A DNA stretch of 64,000 bases from Rhodoluna sp. (GTDB lineage Bacteria; Actinomycetota; Actinomycetes; Actinomycetales; Microbacteriaceae): contig JBILRF010000001.1 of assembly GCA_044372795.1 (NCBI GenBank), positions 20,359-84,358 of the forward strand, written 5' to 3'. The stretch's first letter is position 1. Each line of letters opens with the position of its first letter. The position numbers and the translations under genes are program-made. The notes below the pieces were generated by a model that made no database searches, had not been told where the DNA came from, and was given only the letters and a program-made list of their open reading frames with translations. Of the stretch, positions 16,722-26,366 are shown piece after piece.

Positions 16722-18473
16722 ATGCACACCAGGCAGACCGACAACAGATACATGGCATTTATTGTTGTCATGATCCTCGTCATCTCTGCATTTGTTGTCA
16801 GATTAGTTTGGGTTCAAGTAGTTGATGCTGAAAGGCTCAACACTTTATCAACTGAAGCCAGAGATACCACAAGGAGTATTCCCGCCATCAGAGGAAACAT
16901 CATTGATAGTGAAGGTCGAATCTTAGCCACCACGGTTGTGAGCTGGGATGTGAACATCGATCCTAAAAATGCTGGACCGGTTGTTCTAAAGATTGACGAT
17001 AAGAAAGTTGCTTTCTCGAAAGAGCAAATCGCTCAGAGACTCTCGGAGATTTTGAAAGTTCCTACTGAAGAGCTGCTTGAGAAAATGAGCGGAACTTCTA
17101 GGTATGCCAACTTGAAGAAATCTATTGGCGCATCCGCCTACTCTCAGTTGGATGAGCTGAATATCCCTTGGATGTATTTTGATCAGAAACAAGAACGTCA
17201 CTACCCAGATGGTGCAGTAGCGGGAAACCTACTTGGCTTTGTTGGCTCGGATGGTTCTGCTCTTGAAGGCATTGAAAGAATGATGAACTCATGCCTTGCA
17301 GGAACAGACGGCAAGGAAACATACATTCAGGGAGCGGACCTTGTCCGTATCCCGAATTCGGTTCAAGTCATTCAACAGGTCAAGCATGGTTCTGATGTTG
17401 TTCTATCAATCAACTCAGATCTTCAATACGCAGCCCAGCAAGAGATGGCTGCAACAGTAAGAAGACTGAAAGCTGACTGGGCAAGTGCAATTGTTATTGA
17501 AGTTGCTTCCGGAAGAATCTTGGCTGCTGCTGAAGCACCTACGGTTGATCCGAATAACCCAAGTGGAGTTAAAGCAGAGAATCGATCTTCTCGTATTTTT
17601 AGATCTGCATTTGAGCCAGGTTCGATTTTGAAACCAGTAGCAGCAGCAACGGCTATCGACGTTGGTAAAGCAACCACACTCAGTCAAGTGATTGCTCCTT
17701 ATGCTTTGAAGATGCCTTGGGGTGAATACATCAACGATTCACACATGCATCCACCACACAAACTAACCATGACAGGAGTTATGGTTGACTCTTCAAACAC
17801 AGGACTTGTCCAGCTTGGCGGGAAAGTAGATTCGAAGACTCGTTACGAATACATGAAGTTATTCGGCATGGGAGCAAAAACTGGGGTGAAGTTTGAAGGT
17901 GAATCATCAGGACTACTAACTGATTACACCAAGTGGGACAGAATGACAGATCAGACCACCATGTTTGGTCAGGGAGTTTCTCTAACACCAATTCAGACCG
18001 CAAGTATTTATCAAGCGATAGGCAATAAAGGTGTTCGTCTTTCACCAGTTCTAGTTGAAGGCTGTTTAGAGAAAACTGGTTCGCTGAAGAGAACAGCAGT
18101 TGAAGCTCCTGTTCGGGTAATCAGCGAAAGCACAGCCTCAAAGAGCATCGACATGCTTGAAAAAGTTGTTGAGCAAGGTTCGATTGGTAGAACTGCAAGA
18201 ATCCAGGGTTACCGTGTAGGCGGAAAAACTGGAACAGCTCAGATCGCAGAAGGTAAAGGTTACGGAAAACTTTATGCAGTTTCATTTGTTGGTTTAGCAC
18301 CAGCTGAGGACCCAAAGTACATCGTTGCTGTCACTGCTTTTAAATCTAGAACTGTAAGTAACTCACTTGGTGCAACACCTGGCTTTGTGTCAGTGATGAA
18401 GCAGGTGCTGAAAACTTATGCAGTTCCACCGTCAACCACAAAGTCTAAGAAACTTGCTACGGAGTGGAAATAA
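16722..18473 (+). CDS. ftsI: Penicillin-binding protein / peptidoglycan D,D-transpeptidase FtsI
   Basis: N-terminal TM anchor. Transpeptidase motifs SILK (SxxK), SSN and KTGT. Confidence 0.93.
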   Translation: MHTRQTDNRYMAFIVVMILVISAFVVRLVWVQVVDAERLNTLSTEARDTTRSIPAIRGNIIDSEGRILATTVVSWDVNIDPKNAGPVVLKIDDKKVAFSKEQIAQRLSEILKVPTEELLEKMSGTSRYANLKKSIGASAYSQLDELNIPWMYFDQKQERHYPDGAVAGNLLGFVGSDGSALEGIERMMNSCLAGTDGKETYIQGADLVRIPNSVQVIQQVKHGSDVVLSINSDLQYAAQQEMAATVRRLKADWASAIVIEVASGRILAAAEAPTVDPNNPSGVKAENRSSRIFRSAFEPGSILKPVAAATAIDVGKATTLSQVIAPYALKMPWGEYINDSHMHPPHKLTMTGVMVDSSNTGLVQLGGKVDSKTRYEYMKLFGMGAKTGVKFEGESSGLLTDYTKWDRMTDQTTMFGQGVSLTPIQTASIYQAIGNKGVRLSPVLVEGCLEKTGSLKRTAVEAPVRVISESTASKSIDMLEKVVEQGSIGRTARIQGYRVGGKTGTAQIAEGKGYGKLYAVSFVGLAPAEDPKYIVAVTAFKSRTVSNSLGATPGFVSVMKQVLKTYAVPPSTTKSKKLATEWK

Positions 18474-20017
18474 TGACTCCTAAGCAATCAATTCCTCCGA
18501 TTCTTCGACCAGACCACGTTCAACCAGTTTCACTATCAGAGTTTTCTGACAGATTTGGTTTGTCCATTTCTCCTGAAGGATCAACTGCTTCTATTACTGG
18601 AATCAGTATGAACACAGCTGATCTTCGAACAGGGGATCTATTTGTTGCAATGCCAGGGCTTAAGACTCACGGCGCGAACTTTATCGATAAAGCCATCGAG
18701 CAAGGTGCTGTGGCAGTTGTTACAGACTCTAAAGGTCTAGAGCTACTAAGTAACTGTCCAATCCCAGTGCTGGTCCTAGAGCAGCCTAGAACTCATCTTG
18801 GAGAATTAGCCGCTTTTGTTTATGGAAACACAACAGGAAAACTTCCAATACTTTTTGGAACCACAGGAACCAATGGCAAGACTTCAACCACATATTTACT
18901 GGAAGGCATTCTTCGTCAACTCAAGAGAGTTACTGGTCTTACCTCAACTGCTGAAAGACATATCGCAGGTGAAGTTATTGTCAGTAGGCTGACAACCCCT
19001 GAATCAACAGAGATGCAAGCGCTTATCGCAAGAATGCGCGAAAAAGGCGTTACTGACATCGCTATTGAAGTATCAGCTCAGGCTCTGACCCAACTTAGAG
19101 TCGACGGAATAGTTTTTGATGTTGCTGGTTTTACAAACCTAAGTCACGATCACTTTGATGACTATGACGGTTTTGATGACTACCTATCAGCTAAAGCCAA
19201 ACTCTTCACAGAAGATAAGGCTAGGGCCGCTGTTGTTTGCCTAGATACCGAATATGGGAAACGTATCGCGGAACTAAGTCAGATACCTGTGACAACGGTT
19301 TCGATGAACCCTGAGCACAAAGCACATTGGAATGTAACCGTGCTAGCTGAGTTGCCAGGTAAAACTGAATTTGAACTCACTGGACCAAACGGTCAGAAAC
19401 TTATAAGTAGTGTTCCAATACTTGGAGCACATATGGCATCCAATGCTGGTTTGGCAATTGTTATGGCTGTCACAGCAGGTTATGAGTTCGAAGAGATTGC
19501 AACTGCAATCAAAGACGGCATTGACGCCTATCTGCCTGGTCGAACTGAGTTGGTTTCACCACAAGGTGCACCTTATGTATATATTGACTTCGGCCACAGC
19601 CCCGATGCGTTTCTAAACACTCTTGCCGCTGTTCGCAAAGTCACTACTGGAAAAGTTTTAATGCTCTTTGGCGCAGATGGTGACAGAGATGCTTCTAAAC
19701 GTCCTGACATGGCCAAAGTTGCAGCTGCGGGCTGCGACATCTTGGTCATCACAGATCACCATCCTCGATTCGAGAATCCAGCTTCAATTAGAAAGACATT
19801 GGTTGAAGCGGCTAAAGAATTTAGACCTGAACTAGAGATTCATGAAGTTTCGCCACCTGAAGCAGCAATCAGAGTTGCAGTTTCTCTTGTTCAGCCAGGC
19901 GATGCGATTTTGTGGGCAGGGCCAGGTCACCAGGACTATAGAGATATTGAAGGTGTAAGAACTCCTTACTCAGCAAGGGCAGAAGCCAGAGCTGCGTTGA
20001 AGGAGGCTGGCTACTAA
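18473..20017 (+). CDS. murE: UDP-MurNAc-L-Ala-D-Glu : diamino-acid ligase MurE (third-residue specificity uncertain)
   Basis: P-loop GTTGTNGKTST and Mur ligase domains. Start set at ATG 18473 (a TAATG overlap with the ftsI stop, GGAG upstream); the ORF-track GTG is at 18464. HHPR replaces the canonical DNPR motif. Confidence 0.9.
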   Translation: MTPKQSIPPILRPDHVQPVSLSEFSDRFGLSISPEGSTASITGISMNTADLRTGDLFVAMPGLKTHGANFIDKAIEQGAVAVVTDSKGLELLSNCPIPVLVLEQPRTHLGELAAFVYGNTTGKLPILFGTTGTNGKTSTTYLLEGILRQLKRVTGLTSTAERHIAGEVIVSRLTTPESTEMQALIARMREKGVTDIAIEVSAQALTQLRVDGIVFDVAGFTNLSHDHFDDYDGFDDYLSAKAKLFTEDKARAAVVCLDTEYGKRIAELSQIPVTTVSMNPEHKAHWNVTVLAELPGKTEFELTGPNGQKLISSVPILGAHMASNAGLAIVMAVTAGYEFEEIATAIKDGIDAYLPGRTELVSPQGAPYVYIDFGHSPDAFLNTLAAVRKVTTGKVLMLFGADGDRDASKRPDMAKVAAAGCDILVITDHHPRFENPASIRKTLVEAAKEFRPELEIHEVSPPEAAIRVAVSLVQPGDAILWAGPGHQDYRDIEGVRTPYSARAEARAALKEAGY

Positions 20018-21414
20018 TGATCGCTCTAACTCTCCAAGAAATTGCAGAAGCAATAAATGCAGAACTTATTGGTGACCCTTCGCTTGTAATTACTGGTTCA
20101 GTTGAAACTGATTCAAGACTTGTTTCCCAGGGATCTTTGTTTGTGGCAAAACCAGGTGAAGCTACCGATGGTCATCTTTTTGTTTCTAGTGCAATCTCTA
20201 GTGGTGCAGTAGCAGCGATTGTTGAGCGCAAGCTAAGTGATGATGTTTCTCAACTAGTTGTGCAGGACTCAGTTGAAGCACTAGGGCGTTTGGCTAAACA
20301 TGTAGTGGCCAAAGTAAAAGAATTAGGTCACCTGAAAGTTATTGGAGTAACCGGATCTAACGGTAAAACAACTACCAAGAACATGTTGCGCGAAGTGTTA
20401 TCAACTCAGGGAGCAACGATTGCGCCGATGGAATCTTTCAACAACGAAGTTGGTGCTCCATACTCAATGCTTCAAATAAGCGAGCACACAAAATTCTTAG
20501 TTGTTGAGATGGGTGCTGGAGGACTTGGAACGATTCGTTATCTGGCGGAGATGGCTAAGCCGGATATCGGAATTGAACTAAAGGTTGGTCTTGCCCACGC
20601 TGGAGAGTTCGGTGGGATTGAGAACACAGAACGCATCAAAGCAGAACTAGTTCAAGAACTAACAACTGATGGCATTGCGCTACTGAACTTTGATGATGAA
20701 CGAGTGATGAACATGCAATCTCGTACCAAGGCTAAAGTACTTACTTTTGGACTTGGCTCTGCAAGTGACTACGCAGCCTCAGATGTTTCAATAAGTCTTA
20801 CTGGAACTAGTTTCAAATATCACAGTCCCGACGGCTCTTCAACTGAAGTGAACCTGCAGATACTGGGTGAACATCACGTCTATAACGCCTTGGCTGCCTT
20901 AGCCACTGCAGAACATCTTGGCGTCGATAGAGCCAAGGCCATTGAAGCGTTAGAGCACATGAAGTTAGCCGAGAAGTGGCGAATGGAACTAAACGTTGCT
21001 AAAAGCGGGCTAACCGTTATCAACGATGCTTATAACTCCAGTCCAGATTCAATGAGAGCGGCACTTCAGACTCTTGCTCAAATGGGTAGGTTATCTGGCA
21101 AGAAAACAGTTGCAGTAATGGGCGAGATGGCTGAGCTTGGAGAGTTCTCAGCTCATGAGCATGATGCAATAGGTCGCATAGCGGTTCGATTGAACCTAGG
21201 CCAGGTAGTTGTTGTGGGTAAAGGGGCAAAACTTATTCACATGGGAGCATCTCAAGAAGGATCATGGGATGGGGAATCACAGTATTTCGATGAAATCTCC
21301 GACGCTCTTGGCTATCTGCGTGAAATGCTTACAGGTGAAGAAATCGTCTTAGTGAAATCTTCTAAGTCTGCGAACTTGAGATACCTAGGCGATGACCTTT
21401 TGGAGGAGATCTAA
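20017..21414 (+). CDS. murF: UDP-MurNAc-tripeptide--D-Ala-D-Ala ligase
   Basis: GVTGSNGKTTT P-loop. TAATG overlap with murE. AAGGAGG RBS. Confidence 0.93.
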   Translation: MIALTLQEIAEAINAELIGDPSLVITGSVETDSRLVSQGSLFVAKPGEATDGHLFVSSAISSGAVAAIVERKLSDDVSQLVVQDSVEALGRLAKHVVAKVKELGHLKVIGVTGSNGKTTTKNMLREVLSTQGATIAPMESFNNEVGAPYSMLQISEHTKFLVVEMGAGGLGTIRYLAEMAKPDIGIELKVGLAHAGEFGGIENTERIKAELVQELTTDGIALLNFDDERVMNMQSRTKAKVLTFGLGSASDYAASDVSISLTGTSFKYHSPDGSSTEVNLQILGEHHVYNALAALATAEHLGVDRAKAIEALEHMKLAEKWRMELNVAKSGLTVINDAYNSSPDSMRAALQTLAQMGRLSGKKTVAVMGEMAELGEFSAHEHDAIGRIAVRLNLGQVVVVGKGAKLIHMGASQEGSWDGESQYFDEISDALGYLREMLTGEEIVLVKSSKSANLRYLGDDLLEEI

Positions 21415-22544
21415 TGAGAGCGTTATTACTTGCAGGCCTTTTAGGTCTTGTGCTTTCGCTAGTTCTAACCCCGATATTGATTTGGCTGTTCAAGAAAATC
21501 GGTTGGGGTCAAATAGTTCGCGTTGATGGACCGTCAACACACCACATTAAGCGTGGCACTCCTAGCATGGGTGGAATTGGAATTATTCTCAGTGCAGTTT
21601 TTGCATACTTCGTGGCAAAGACTGTCAATGGGGAACCACCAACGTATTCAGCAATGCTGGTGCTGTTCATGATGGTTGGTTTGGGTCTTGTTGGTTTCTT
21701 AGACGATTACCTGAAGGTGCGTGGCCAAAACACAGCTGGACTAAAAGGTATCTATAAGATTGCTGGACAAATTCTTGTGGCCACCATCTTTGCTTGGGCT
21801 TCATTGCAGAACAAAGACATTTTTGGTCTGACTCCTGCCTCCACTGAGATTTCAATCTTCCGCGATACCGGCTTTGATCTGATGAAGATTGCCCCAGAGA
21901 GTTGGGGTGAGATAGCAATCTGGTTAGGTGCTGCAGCATTCTTATTCTGGATTTACCTACTTGTAGTGAGTGCCTCAAATGGTGTGAACCTAACTGATGG
22001 TGCAGATGGGTTAGCAACTGGTTCGCTAATCATGTCAATCGGAGCATTCGCAGTGATTGGTTTCTGGAAATTCAACCAGGCCTGTGATGTAACTAACATT
22101 GCTCCGAACTGTTACAACACCAGAGATCCATTGGATCTAGCGGTGGTAGCTGCTGCAATTGTTGGTGCGCTAATTGGATTCCTATGGTTTAACACCAACC
22201 CTGCTCAGATTTTCATGGGGGACAGTGGTTCTCTAGGTCTAGGTGGAGCACTAGCGGCATTAGCCATTCTTTCGAGAACTGAAGTTCTTCTAGTTCTAGT
22301 GGGTGGAATCTTTGCCATCTCAGCCGGATCAGTAATTCTGCAGAGGAGCGTATTCAAGCTCTCTAGAGCAATCACAGGTCAACCGAGAAGAATTTTCCTC
22401 AACAGTCCTCTGCACCACCACTTCGAAGAGAAGGGCTGGAATGAGGTCACAGTGGTGGTTAGATTCTGGATTATCTGTGGCCTACTAGTAATGGCTGGAA
22501 TTGGTTTGTTCTATGTCGAGTGGATTTATGGCTCGGTTGCATGA
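21414..22544 (+). CDS. mraY: Phospho-N-acetylmuramoyl-pentapeptide transferase
   Basis: Polytopic membrane protein with NLTDGADGLA and FMGDSGSL motifs. TAATG overlap with murF. Confidence 0.95.
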   Translation: MRALLLAGLLGLVLSLVLTPILIWLFKKIGWGQIVRVDGPSTHHIKRGTPSMGGIGIILSAVFAYFVAKTVNGEPPTYSAMLVLFMMVGLGLVGFLDDYLKVRGQNTAGLKGIYKIAGQILVATIFAWASLQNKDIFGLTPASTEISIFRDTGFDLMKIAPESWGEIAIWLGAAAFLFWIYLLVVSASNGVNLTDGADGLATGSLIMSIGAFAVIGFWKFNQACDVTNIAPNCYNTRDPLDLAVVAAAIVGALIGFLWFNTNPAQIFMGDSGSLGLGGALAALAILSRTEVLLVLVGGIFAISAGSVILQRSVFKLSRAITGQPRRIFLNSPLHHHFEEKGWNEVTVVVRFWIICGLLVMAGIGLFYVEWIYGSVA

Positions 22545-23998
22545 GCAAGCTAGATCACCTCAATAGTTGGCACTCTGATTGGAGTGAGTTCAAGGCCGTA
22601 GTTTTTGGGTTAGGCGTATCAGGCTTCTCAGTTGCAGACACTTTGAATGAGCTTGGTGCAAAAGTTTTAGTTGTCGCAGACAAGGCAGATGCTGAATCAC
22701 TTGACGTTCTTGATGTTCTTGGAATTGAGCACTTAGTTGGTCAAGAAGAATCGGTTGTTCTAACAAAAGTCAAAGACTTCGCCCCAGATGCTCTGATCAC
22801 TTCACCTGGCATAAAGCCAAACAATCCTTTGATTGTTGAGCTAATCAAGTCAGGGTCAGAAGTTTGGACAGATATTGATCTAGCTTGGCGAGTGAGAGAT
22901 AAATGTGGTAGCCCGTCTCAATGGATTTGTATCACTGGAACCAATGGCAAAACAACAGTTACTCAGCTGGTGGAAAAGATGTTGCTCACTGCTGGAGTTA
23001 GAGCAGTTGCCTGCGGCAACATCGGTGTTCCAATTCTTGATGTTGTAAGAGACCCAGCCAACTTTGAAGTCTTAGTAGTTGAGCTGAGCAGTTTCCAACT
23101 GCATTACATCAACCAGATTGAACCAATAGCTAGCGCAGTTCTGAACCTTGCCGAAGATCACCTTGACTGGCACGGATCAATGGATGAATATGCTCGAACC
23201 AAGGGGAAGATCTATAACAACACCAAGGTTTGCTGTGTTTATAACGTAGGGGACAGCACAACATCGGAACTATTATCTAAGTCAGCCAACACTGATAATG
23301 CTCAGGCGGTTGGCTTTACAGTGAACACCCCGGCACCTAATGAAGTGGGTTGGGTTGAAGACATCTTGGTTGACAGAGCTTTCATTGATGACCCATCCCT
23401 AGCCCGGGAGTTGGCCAATCTAAAGGACTTAAACAGCAAACTAATTGTCAGCCCACACCTTATGTCTAACATCGCTGCAGCAGCTGCATTGGTTCGAGCT
23501 GTTGGTGTTCAACCTGAAGAGATAGCCCGGGCTCTTCAAGAATTTGAACTCGATGCTCACAGAATTCAACTTGTATTGAACCAGCAGGGAATAAGTTGGG
23601 TGGACGACTCTAAGGCCACTAACCCTCACGCAGCGGCAGCAGCACTTTCTGCTTTCGATTCTGTCATCTGGGTTGTTGGAGGTCTGCTCAAAGGAGTTAA
23701 CCTCAATCCTCTGGTCTCAAAATATGCACCGAAGATCAAGGCAGCAATTGTCATCGGTGCTGAGCGCACTCAAGTGCTTGAAGCATTTAAACAGAACGCG
23801 CCTGATGTGACTGTCTTTGAGGTAAGAGAAGATTCCTCAAAAGTGATGGCAGCGGTAGTGCGCGTTGCCAATGGCATAGCTCAAGAAGGTGACACTGTGT
23901 TGCTGGCACCAGCAGCTGCGTCCATGGATCAGTTCAAGGACTATGCCGACCGTGGCGAACAGTTTGCACAAGCAGTAATTAGGGAAGTACAGGAATAA
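22541..23998 (+). CDS. murD: UDP-MurNAc-L-Ala--D-Glu ligase
   Basis: ITGTNGKTT P-loop. Start re-called to ATG 22541 (ATGA overlap with the mraY stop) rather than 22520. Confidence 0.92.
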   Translation: MSKLDHLNSWHSDWSEFKAVVFGLGVSGFSVADTLNELGAKVLVVADKADAESLDVLDVLGIEHLVGQEESVVLTKVKDFAPDALITSPGIKPNNPLIVELIKSGSEVWTDIDLAWRVRDKCGSPSQWICITGTNGKTTVTQLVEKMLLTAGVRAVACGNIGVPILDVVRDPANFEVLVVELSSFQLHYINQIEPIASAVLNLAEDHLDWHGSMDEYARTKGKIYNNTKVCCVYNVGDSTTSELLSKSANTDNAQAVGFTVNTPAPNEVGWVEDILVDRAFIDDPSLARELANLKDLNSKLIVSPHLMSNIAAAAALVRAVGVQPEEIARALQEFELDAHRIQLVLNQQGISWVDDSKATNPHAAAAALSAFDSVIWVVGGLLKGVNLNPLVSKYAPKIKAAIVIGAERTQVLEAFKQNAPDVTVFEVREDSSKVMAAVVRVANGIAQEGDTVLLAPAAASMDQFKDYADRGEQFAQAVIREVQE

Positions 23999-25251
23999 TG
24001 GCAAGAACCACTCAGACCGTAAAGAAGAGGCAGGTTGAAAACCAACGCGCTTCAGTTGCTCAAGGAATTAGCCAACTTTTGCGAAATCCAGCTCAAACCA
24101 GCATCCGATGGTTTGATAGTTACTTCTTGCACCAGTCCAAGCTCTTCTACCGTTTAGTGATGCTTATTGTTTTGATGCTCGGTTGTGGATTGGTCATGGT
24201 GTTGAGTGCATCAAACGTAGTCTCAATTAAGGCAACAGGTGATGCCTTTGCAGAGTTCAGATCTCAACTGATTTACGCATTCCTAGGTTTGCTATTTATG
24301 GTCTTCATCTCAAAGCGTTCAGTTGCCACTATTCAAAACTTTTCAATGCCTTTCTTTGTGTTGGCAATGCTCATGCAATTGGCCGTTTGGATTCCAGGCG
24401 TTGGTGTCACAGTCGGTGGAAACACAAACTGGATTTCTATTCTTGGACAGACCATTCAGCCTTCCGAGTTTTTAAAACTAGGAATCATTCTGGCGCTGGC
24501 TACTTGGATAAGCCCTTATCTAGATTCACTCTGGGATTGGCACAGAAGCGTCTTGCCTCTAGTGTTGTTCGGTTTTCTTCCTGCGGGTTTGGTCTTGGTT
24601 AGCTCAGGAGACCTCGGAACAGCTGCGGTAATGATTGTTTTCGTTCTAGCTCTCGCATTCTTGATTGGTGTGCCATGGAACTTCCTATGGGTGTTCATTG
24701 GTTCTGGAGCTGTAGTTTTTCTTATCGCATCAATCGTCAGCCCAAACAGAATGAGAAGAATCTTTGCGTTCTTTGACCGTGCGAATAGTGCTGGTGACGA
24801 CACTAACTGGCAAATCACTCACGGCACCTGGGCACTGGCCTCTGGAGGTCTTTTCGGAACTGGTCTTGGCGATTCAAAGATGAAGTGGGGTTGGATTCCT
24901 GCAGTTGAGAATGACTTCATATTCTCTGTTATTGGCGAAGAAGTTGGGCTAATCGGTGCTGTTATCGTAATCATCCTGTTCTTCATGTTGGCAAGATACA
25001 TTCGTCAGGTTTCCATAAACTCAGCAACTGACTTTGGTTCTGTGGCAGTTACAGGAATCATGCTTTGGCTTACTTTGCAGGCTTTCATTAACATCGCCGT
25101 TGTGCTTGATCTGTTCTTTGTTATCGGTGTTCCACTTCCACTTTTCTCTAGGGGAGGGTCATCGATGTTGGCTGTACTGATGGCCTTAGGTGTTGTTCTT
25201 GCAGTAGAAAGAGATCGCGCCATTCCAAAAAGGGGTGTTCGTAAGAAATGA
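23998..25251 (+). CDS. ftsW: SEDS-family peptidoglycan glycosyltransferase FtsW
   Basis: About 10 TM segments in a SEDS protein at the canonical dcw position. TAATG overlap with murD. Confidence 0.92.
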   Translation: MARTTQTVKKRQVENQRASVAQGISQLLRNPAQTSIRWFDSYFLHQSKLFYRLVMLIVLMLGCGLVMVLSASNVVSIKATGDAFAEFRSQLIYAFLGLLFMVFISKRSVATIQNFSMPFFVLAMLMQLAVWIPGVGVTVGGNTNWISILGQTIQPSEFLKLGIILALATWISPYLDSLWDWHRSVLPLVLFGFLPAGLVLVSSGDLGTAAVMIVFVLALAFLIGVPWNFLWVFIGSGAVVFLIASIVSPNRMRRIFAFFDRANSAGDDTNWQITHGTWALASGGLFGTGLGDSKMKWGWIPAVENDFIFSVIGEEVGLIGAVIVIILFFMLARYIRQVSINSATDFGSVAVTGIMLWLTLQAFINIAVVLDLFFVIGVPLPLFSRGGSSMLAVLMALGVVLAVERDRAIPKRGVRKK

Positions 25252-26321
25252 CGAATTATCTTTTAGCTGGTGGCGGAACTGCAGGGCATGTGAACCCGCT
25301 CCTTTCGTTAGCTGACGAAATCATGAGTCAGCCAGGTGAGCATAAAGTTTGGGCACTTGGAACTCTTGAAGGTTTAGAGGCAAGACTTGTACCTGAACGA
25401 GGTTATGAACTTCTAGTGGTTCCTAGATTGCCTATGCCTAGAAAAGTAAACGCCTATTTGTTTAGGTTCCCAGCACTGTTTCTCAAGTCTGTAAAGACAG
25501 TTGCTCAATACATCAAAGAGCACAAGATTGATGTGGTTGTTGGTTTTGGTGGTTACGCCAGCGCTCCTGCTTACAGGGCAGCAAAATCTTTTGGGATTCC
25601 ATTTGTAGTGCACGAAGCAAATGTTCTACCTGGCTATGCAAATAAAGTCGGAGCAAACAGTGCCGCAGCTGTCGGGGTGACTTTCAATAACACTTTCTTG
25701 CCTAATTCAACTGTTGTTGGAATGCCGCTCAGAAAAGAGATTGTCGAGATAACAAAGACAGAGATGAAATTTGAAGCTCACCTGTTTTTTGGACTTGATC
25801 CAAACCTCACCACGCTTTTAGTAACAGGAGGATCTCTTGGTGCAAAGCGAATCAACGAAACAATTGAGGCATCAAGGCAATTACTAGATGCTGCTGGAAT
25901 CCAAGTTCTTCACATAGTTGGTCCAAGAGCAGAACTTGAAGATATTCATCAAGGCAACTATCACCGCATCAGTTACTGTGATCGGATGGATTTAGCGCTT
26001 GCAGTTGCTGATTTTGCCGTAGCTAGGTCTGGGGCGGCAACAGTTAGCGAGTTTGCTGCAGTGGGTCTTCCAGCGGTGTTTGTGCCATATCCGGTAGGTA
26101 ATGGCGAGCAGAAGAAAAACGCTGAACAGCTTGTCGAGGTTGGAGGAGCAGTTCTAGTTGATGATGCGCAATTCGATGCCGAGTATGTAAGGTCTGTTCT
26201 CATTCCACTAATCAGTAATTCGAGACAGGTAAAGATCATGAGAGCATGTGCTCTGTCTGTTGGTGTGAGTGATGGGTCTAAACGCCTTCTTGATTTAGTA
26301 AATGGCGTGTTGAAGGGCTAA
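25248..26321 (+). CDS. murG: Undecaprenyl-PP-MurNAc-pentapeptide GlcNAc transferase
   Basis: N-terminal GGGTAGHVNP. GT28 architecture. ATGA overlap with ftsW. Confidence 0.94.
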   Translation: MTNYLLAGGGTAGHVNPLLSLADEIMSQPGEHKVWALGTLEGLEARLVPERGYELLVVPRLPMPRKVNAYLFRFPALFLKSVKTVAQYIKEHKIDVVVGFGGYASAPAYRAAKSFGIPFVVHEANVLPGYANKVGANSAAAVGVTFNNTFLPNSTVVGMPLRKEIVEITKTEMKFEAHLFFGLDPNLTTLLVTGGSLGAKRINETIEASRQLLDAAGIQVLHIVGPRAELEDIHQGNYHRISYCDRMDLALAVADFAVARSGAATVSEFAAVGLPAVFVPYPVGNGEQKKNAEQLVEVGGAVLVDDAQFDAEYVRSVLIPLISNSRQVKIMRACALSVGVSDGSKRLLDLVNGVLKG

Positions 26322-26348
26322 GACTAGACAAGCGCTATTTAGTCTTAG
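26318..26348 (+). other. Perfect 9-bp hairpin spanning the murG stop codon
   Basis: CTAAGACTA (26318-26326) pairs with TAGTCTTAG (26340-26348) around a 13-nt loop. No U-tract follows. Confidence 0.4.
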
Positions 26349-26366
26349 ATAAATATTGAGGAACCC

